A stretch of 42,657 nt of DNA from positions 1 to 42,657 of the forward strand of contig JBGUEF010000002.1 of NCBI GenBank assembly GCA_041821485.1, in the 5' to 3' direction. Every line of letters begins with the position of its first letter. The first letter of the stretch is position 1. Source of the stretch: Deltaproteobacteria bacterium. Lineage in GTDB: Bacteria; Myxococcota_A; Polyangia; Polyangiales; Houyiibacteriaceae. A model generated the notes under the pieces. It made no database searches, was not told the origin of the DNA, and saw only the letters and a program-made list of their open reading frames with translations. The position numbers and the translations under genes are program-made. This document shows positions 38,713-42,657 of the stretch, piece by piece.

Positions 38713-39953
38713 GCCTACTGAAGAAACTGTTTTCCGCCGACCCCGAGGAGCTCGAGAAGAAAGCCGACGCGCTTTATGCGGCAGGCGACTACGGCCCTGC
38801 CAAGCTCGTGTACGAAAAGGCCCTCGCTGCCTCTGCGGAGGGGGCGCGGGCAGCGCTCGCCGACAAGGTACAGCGCTGCACCGATGAAATCGCGCGCCAA
38901 CGCATCGAAGAAGCAAAGGCCTATCTCGCGCAGGGGTCGATCGAGCTGGCCGAGCAGGAGCTAGAGGGCGCACTCGAAGTCGCGGGCGACGAAACCATTC
39001 GCGACGAGGCGCAAGGATTGCTCGATGGGCTCGAGGTGAAAGAAGCGCAGGAGCACGCTGCGGCCACGGAGATCACTGACGAGGAGCGTGTCGCGTTGCT
39101 GATGGGCCAGTGGGACGAAGCCCAGGCCGACGAATACGACAGCTATGGGGACGTCCTGGTCGATGCATTGCTCGCGATGCACAAGGAGCAATTCGACGAT
39201 GCACGGGCTCAGCTCGAAATGCTGCTCGCCGATGCGCCGGAGCCACGATACCTGTGGCTGGAAGTGGGGCGCGCACGGCTGCTCGCAGACGATGTGCCAG
39301 CTGGCAAAGAGGCATTGCAGAGCTTCTTGGCGGCCCTGCAGGACGACGAAGGGGGCGAAACCAAGTTGGCAGCCAACCTCGCTCTCGCACGCCTGGCCGA
39401 CGACGCCGGGGATTTCGAGGAGGCGATGGGCTACTTCGAGGGCGCCGTACACGCCCTTCCCGAAGACTACCGGCCGTACCTCGCCATGGGGGCATTCCTG
39501 CGCGCCAGCGGGCACGGCGCCGAGGCCCTCGATGTGCTCCATACCTCGCTCGAGCTGGGCAGGAAGGCCGGGACGGACTGGCGGCTCCTCGAAGAGCTCG
39601 GGTTGGCCTCCGAGCTGGCAGAAAAACCCGATGATGCGCGAAGCTTTCTCGAGCAAGTGGTCGAGTTCTTTACGAGTCACCAGATCACGGACTTTCCGCC
39701 GACCACCGCCACGACGCTGGCCAAGCTCTACGAAGCGGACGGGCGCCTCGAGCGCGCTGCCGACCTCTATCGGGCGTTGAGCCAGGGCAGCGACAAGGAG
39801 CGGCACGCGCTCTATCACTACGAGACCGGGCGGCTGCTTCACGCCCTCGGCCTCTCCGAGGAGGCCCGCCGCATGCTCACCCGCGCCGAAGCGCTCACCT
39901 CCGACGAGGACGCCGAGCTGGCCGCCCAAATCGCGGCATTGTTGCAGGGCTAG
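38709..39953 (+). CDS. TPR-repeat protein
   Basis: 414 aa, acidic, with several TPR-like A/L/Y-rich helix pairs (ADALYAAGDYGPAKLVYEKAL; LAKLYEADGRLERAADLYRAL). ATGA overlap with the upstream gene. Confidence 0.75.
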   Translation: MSLLKKLFSADPEELEKKADALYAAGDYGPAKLVYEKALAASAEGARAALADKVQRCTDEIARQRIEEAKAYLAQGSIELAEQELEGALEVAGDETIRDEAQGLLDGLEVKEAQEHAAATEITDEERVALLMGQWDEAQADEYDSYGDVLVDALLAMHKEQFDDARAQLEMLLADAPEPRYLWLEVGRARLLADDVPAGKEALQSFLAALQDDEGGETKLAANLALARLADDAGDFEEAMGYFEGAVHALPEDYRPYLAMGAFLRASGHGAEALDVLHTSLELGRKAGTDWRLLEELGLASELAEKPDDARSFLEQVVEFFTSHQITDFPPTTATTLAKLYEADGRLERAADLYRALSQGSDKERHALYHYETGRLLHALGLSEEARRMLTRAEALTSDEDAELAAQIAALLQG

Positions 39954-40079
39954 CACCTAGCCCCCTGATTTTAGGGTGGTTTTTGGCTCGGTGACGGCCT
40001 TCGAATCGGTGCTATGTTTGTTGGGCGTCAAGGCGTGGACCGGGAATCTACCTGGCCGCGACCAACACGAAGCAAACTG

Positions 40080-40991
40080 ATGAGCGGAAAAGGACACGCG
40101 TCCGACGACCGGCCCGTCACTGTGCCGCGTCTTCGCAAGATGAAGCGTGACGGCGAGCGGATCACCATGGTGACCGCATACGACGCCACGTTCGCGCGCT
40201 TGTTCGACGATGCCGGCATGGACGTCCTGCTCGTGGGGGACTCGCTCGGCATGGTCGTGCAGGGGCTGGACTCCACCCTCCCCGTCACGGTCGACGAGGT
40301 GATCTACCATTGTCGCGCAGTGGCTCGCGGCACCCGCCGCGCGCACCTCGTCGGAGACATGCCGTTCCTCAGCTGGCAACTCAGCACCGAACAAGCACTC
40401 ACGAATGCTGGCCGGTTCCTATCCGAGGGCGGAGCGCAGGCCGTCAAGCTCGAAGGCGGGGTCGATGCGGCTCCGACGATCGAGCGCATCGTGCACGCAG
40501 GCATCCCGGTCATGGCGCACGTCGGGCTCACACCCCAGAGCGTTCACGCCATGGGGGGCTTTCGGGTGCAAGGAAAGACCGAAGGAGCCGCGGCGCGCGT
40601 GCTGGCCGATGCGAAAGCAGTCGCTGAGGCCGGCGCCTATTCCCTGGTGCTCGAGGGCATCCCGACCGACCTAGCCAAACGGATCACCGACGAGATCGAC
40701 ATTCCGACGATTGGCATCGGCGCGGGCCCCCACTGCGATGGACAGGTGCTGGTCTGTTACGACCTGCTCGGACTGACGCGCGATATGAAGCCGAAGTTCG
40801 TGAAGCGATATGCGGAGTTCTTCGAGGAAGGCGTGGCCGCCGCACGCCGCTACGGAGACGAAGTGCGCGCCGGAACGTTCCCGGGCGAAGAGCACGGCTT
40901 CGGCAATGTAAAGAAGAGCGAGACTCCGGCGCCTGCGTCCAGCCTGAGCCTCATTCGCGACGCTCGCGGCGGGTACGGGCCTGAGGGATGA
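40080..40991 (+). CDS. panB: 3-methyl-2-oxobutanoate hydroxymethyltransferase
   Basis: ATG at 40080. Contains ITMVTAYDATFARL, LLVGDSLGMV, VKLEGG and PTIGIGAG. It has a roughly 40-aa C-terminal extension. Confidence 0.93.
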   Translation: MSGKGHASDDRPVTVPRLRKMKRDGERITMVTAYDATFARLFDDAGMDVLLVGDSLGMVVQGLDSTLPVTVDEVIYHCRAVARGTRRAHLVGDMPFLSWQLSTEQALTNAGRFLSEGGAQAVKLEGGVDAAPTIERIVHAGIPVMAHVGLTPQSVHAMGGFRVQGKTEGAAARVLADAKAVAEAGAYSLVLEGIPTDLAKRITDEIDIPTIGIGAGPHCDGQVLVCYDLLGLTRDMKPKFVKRYAEFFEEGVAAARRYGDEVRAGTFPGEEHGFGNVKKSETPAPASSLSLIRDARGGYGPEG

Positions 40992-41845
40992 CCACTGTCG
41001 CACGCGAGCCCGCCGACTTCCGGCAGGCTTGCGATGATGCGCGCGCTAGCTCTCACAGAGTCGGACTCGTGCCGACGATGGGCGCCCTTCACCTTGGGCA
41101 CTTTTCGCTGATCGACGAAGCCAAGAAGCGCGCCGACTTCATCGCAGCAACCATCTTCGTCAACCCGTTGCAGTTCGCGCCCGATGAGGACCTCGACCGC
41201 TACCCGCGAACATTCGAGAGCGACCTTGCGGGCTGCCGCGAACGCGGAGTCGACTTGGTCTTCGCCCCAGAGCCAGAGTCCATGTACCCGGCCCAGTTCC
41301 AAACGCAGGTGTCGGTCGGCGAGCTCACCAAGCCGCTCGAAGGGGAGTTTCGCCCTGCGCACTTCGACGGTGTAACCACCGTCGTGGCCAAACTCTTCAA
41401 CCTGACTGGGCCGTGCGCCGCGATGTTCGGCCGCAAAGACTACCAACAGTGGAAGAGCCTCTCACGCTTGGCTCTCGACCTCGACATGCCGATCGAGGTC
41501 GTCGGGTGTCCGATTGTTCGGGAGCCAGACGGCCTTGCCCTCTCCTCCCGCAATCGATATCTGTCCGCATCGGAACGCGAACGCGCGCTCGGCATCGTGT
41601 CCGGGCTCCGGCGAGCGTACGATGCCTGGACTGAGGGCGAACGTAGCTCCGATACGCTTCGTTCGCTCGCAGGGGAGCAAGTGCGGTCGGAATTCGACCG
41701 TGTTGACTATGTGGCGGCAGTCGACCCAGAAACACTCGTGACCGCAGTGGAGCCGCCGACCCGGCTGTTGATCGCGGTGGCCGCGCATCTGGGAACGACC
41801 CGGCTGATCGACAATGTCGTCCTCGGCGAAGATCCGCGCCCCTAG
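40988..41845 (+). CDS. panC: pantoate--beta-alanine ligase
   Basis: VPTMGALHLGHFSLI (HxGH) and FVNPLQF. ATGA overlap with panB. Confidence 0.95.
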   Translation: MTTVAREPADFRQACDDARASSHRVGLVPTMGALHLGHFSLIDEAKKRADFIAATIFVNPLQFAPDEDLDRYPRTFESDLAGCRERGVDLVFAPEPESMYPAQFQTQVSVGELTKPLEGEFRPAHFDGVTTVVAKLFNLTGPCAAMFGRKDYQQWKSLSRLALDLDMPIEVVGCPIVREPDGLALSSRNRYLSASERERALGIVSGLRRAYDAWTEGERSSDTLRSLAGEQVRSEFDRVDYVAAVDPETLVTAVEPPTRLLIAVAAHLGTTRLIDNVVLGEDPRP

Positions 41846-41854
41846 GCCGCGGGA

Positions 41855-42657
41855 TCACGAGCGGTACAGGAACCAGAGCACGAGCCCGGCGAGCAGCGAT
41901 CCAGCGCCGAGCGCCCAGAGCCAGGCGTGCCGGCGACCTCGCGGCGTGGGGCTTCGCCAGCCGGCGACGGTCGGCCGTCCCTCGTCCAGGTCATACCGGA
42001 GCGGTGGCTCAGTGGGCGTCCGCCGCTCTTGGACGGACTGCGTCACCACCTGGTCCCGCGTTTGGGGAACCTCCGAAGCGGGAAACTGCCCCCGCCCCGA
42101 GGAAGACGGTGGCGGCAGAGCGGCCAGCATCTCGCCGATTTGCCGCGATGCATGAATCGGCTCCCCGCGAGCCAGGTACTCGACCAGGGCATCGGCCATC
42201 TTCCCGGCGTCCGCGTAACGTTCGGCCGGATTGACGGCAGTAGCGCGGGCCACGATCGCATCGAGCTCTCCGGGAACTTCGGCGCGAGCGGAGGATGGCG
42301 CAGGCACCTCGGCCCGGCGGACGGCGTCGAGCAGCAACTGTACCTGGCTCTCCTTATGAAGCCTCTCCCCAACCAGGAGCTCCCACAGCACAACCCCTGC
42401 CGAGAAGATATCGCTCCGGTGATCCAGCGGCTCAGCCCACGCCTGCTCGGGCGACATGTAGAAGTACTTCCCCTTGATGATCCCGGACTCCGGATCGCTT
42501 CGTCTCGAATCGGCTTTGGCGATGCCAAAGTCTGCGATCTTAACTTCGCCGGCAAAGCTCAGCAGTACGTTCTGTGGGGAGACGTCACGGTGAACGATTC
42601 GGGTCGGCTCACCCTGATCGTCACGGTGCCGGTGCGCATAGTCGAGCCCGCGGCACA
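41855..42657 (-). CDS. Ser/Thr protein kinase, partial (N-terminus beyond the window), with a C-terminal TM tail-anchor
   Basis: The frame stays open upstream of the track ORF 41855..42457. My translation gives IVHRDVSPQNVLLSFAGEVKIADFGIAK...YFYMSPEQ. It ends with WLWALGAGSLLAGLVLWFLYRS. Confidence 0.88.
   Translation of the reverse strand, partial: CRGLDYAHRHRDDQGEPTRIVHRDVSPQNVLLSFAGEVKIADFGIAKADSRRSDPESGIIKGKYFYMSPEQAWAEPLDHRSDIFSAGVVLWELLVGERLHKESQVQLLLDAVRRAEVPAPSSARAEVPGELDAIVARATAVNPAERYADAGKMADALVEYLARGEPIHASRQIGEMLAALPPPSSSGRGQFPASEVPQTRDQVVTQSVQERRTPTEPPLRYDLDEGRPTVAGWRSPTPRGRRHAWLWALGAGSLLAGLVLWFLYRS

Noticed and set aside
39957-39991. A candidate terminator after the TPR gene (CACCTAGCCCCCTGATTTTAGGGTGGTTTTT).
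   Set aside because: The stem is short and interrupted (4-6 bp with a bulge). It is plausible but too weak to annotate without an RNA-folding calculation or 3'-end data.

Overview
High-GC chromosomal segment of about 42.7 kb, tightly packed with roughly 42 plausible protein genes. Many adjacent genes share 1-13 nt start/stop overlaps. The gene content points to a Myxococcota-type genome: an mglB-mglA polarity GTPase pair, an FHA-containing sigma-54 activator and two Pkn-type Ser/Thr kinases. Most genes are housekeeping: ybeY, eno, lgt, mutS2, mutL-miaA, gcvT-gcvH-gcvPA, sppA, leuS, thiC behind a TPP riboswitch, ftsE-ftsX-envC-like and panB-panC. I saw no rRNA, tRNA, CRISPR array, transposase, integrase or phage gene.

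Nothing here is demonstrably a new system. The candidates worth a second look are:
- a translationally coupled cluster (26134-30731) of an MBL alkylsulfatase-like protein, a sulfotransferase, a membrane hydroxylase and a haem lipoprotein;
- a 988-bp two-gene segment bounded by perfect 35-bp inverted repeats (33063-34050);
- a biotin-carboxylase homologue that lacks the ATP-grasp lid and most catalytic residues (2180-3322);
- a receptor-type kinase translationally coupled to mutS2, next to a mutL with a degenerate endonuclease motif;
- a gcv operon that stops after gcvPA with no gcvPB.

Functional calls come from motif recognition by eye, with no database search. Coordinates of non-ORF features were hand-indexed against ORF-track anchors and may be off by 1-2 nt.
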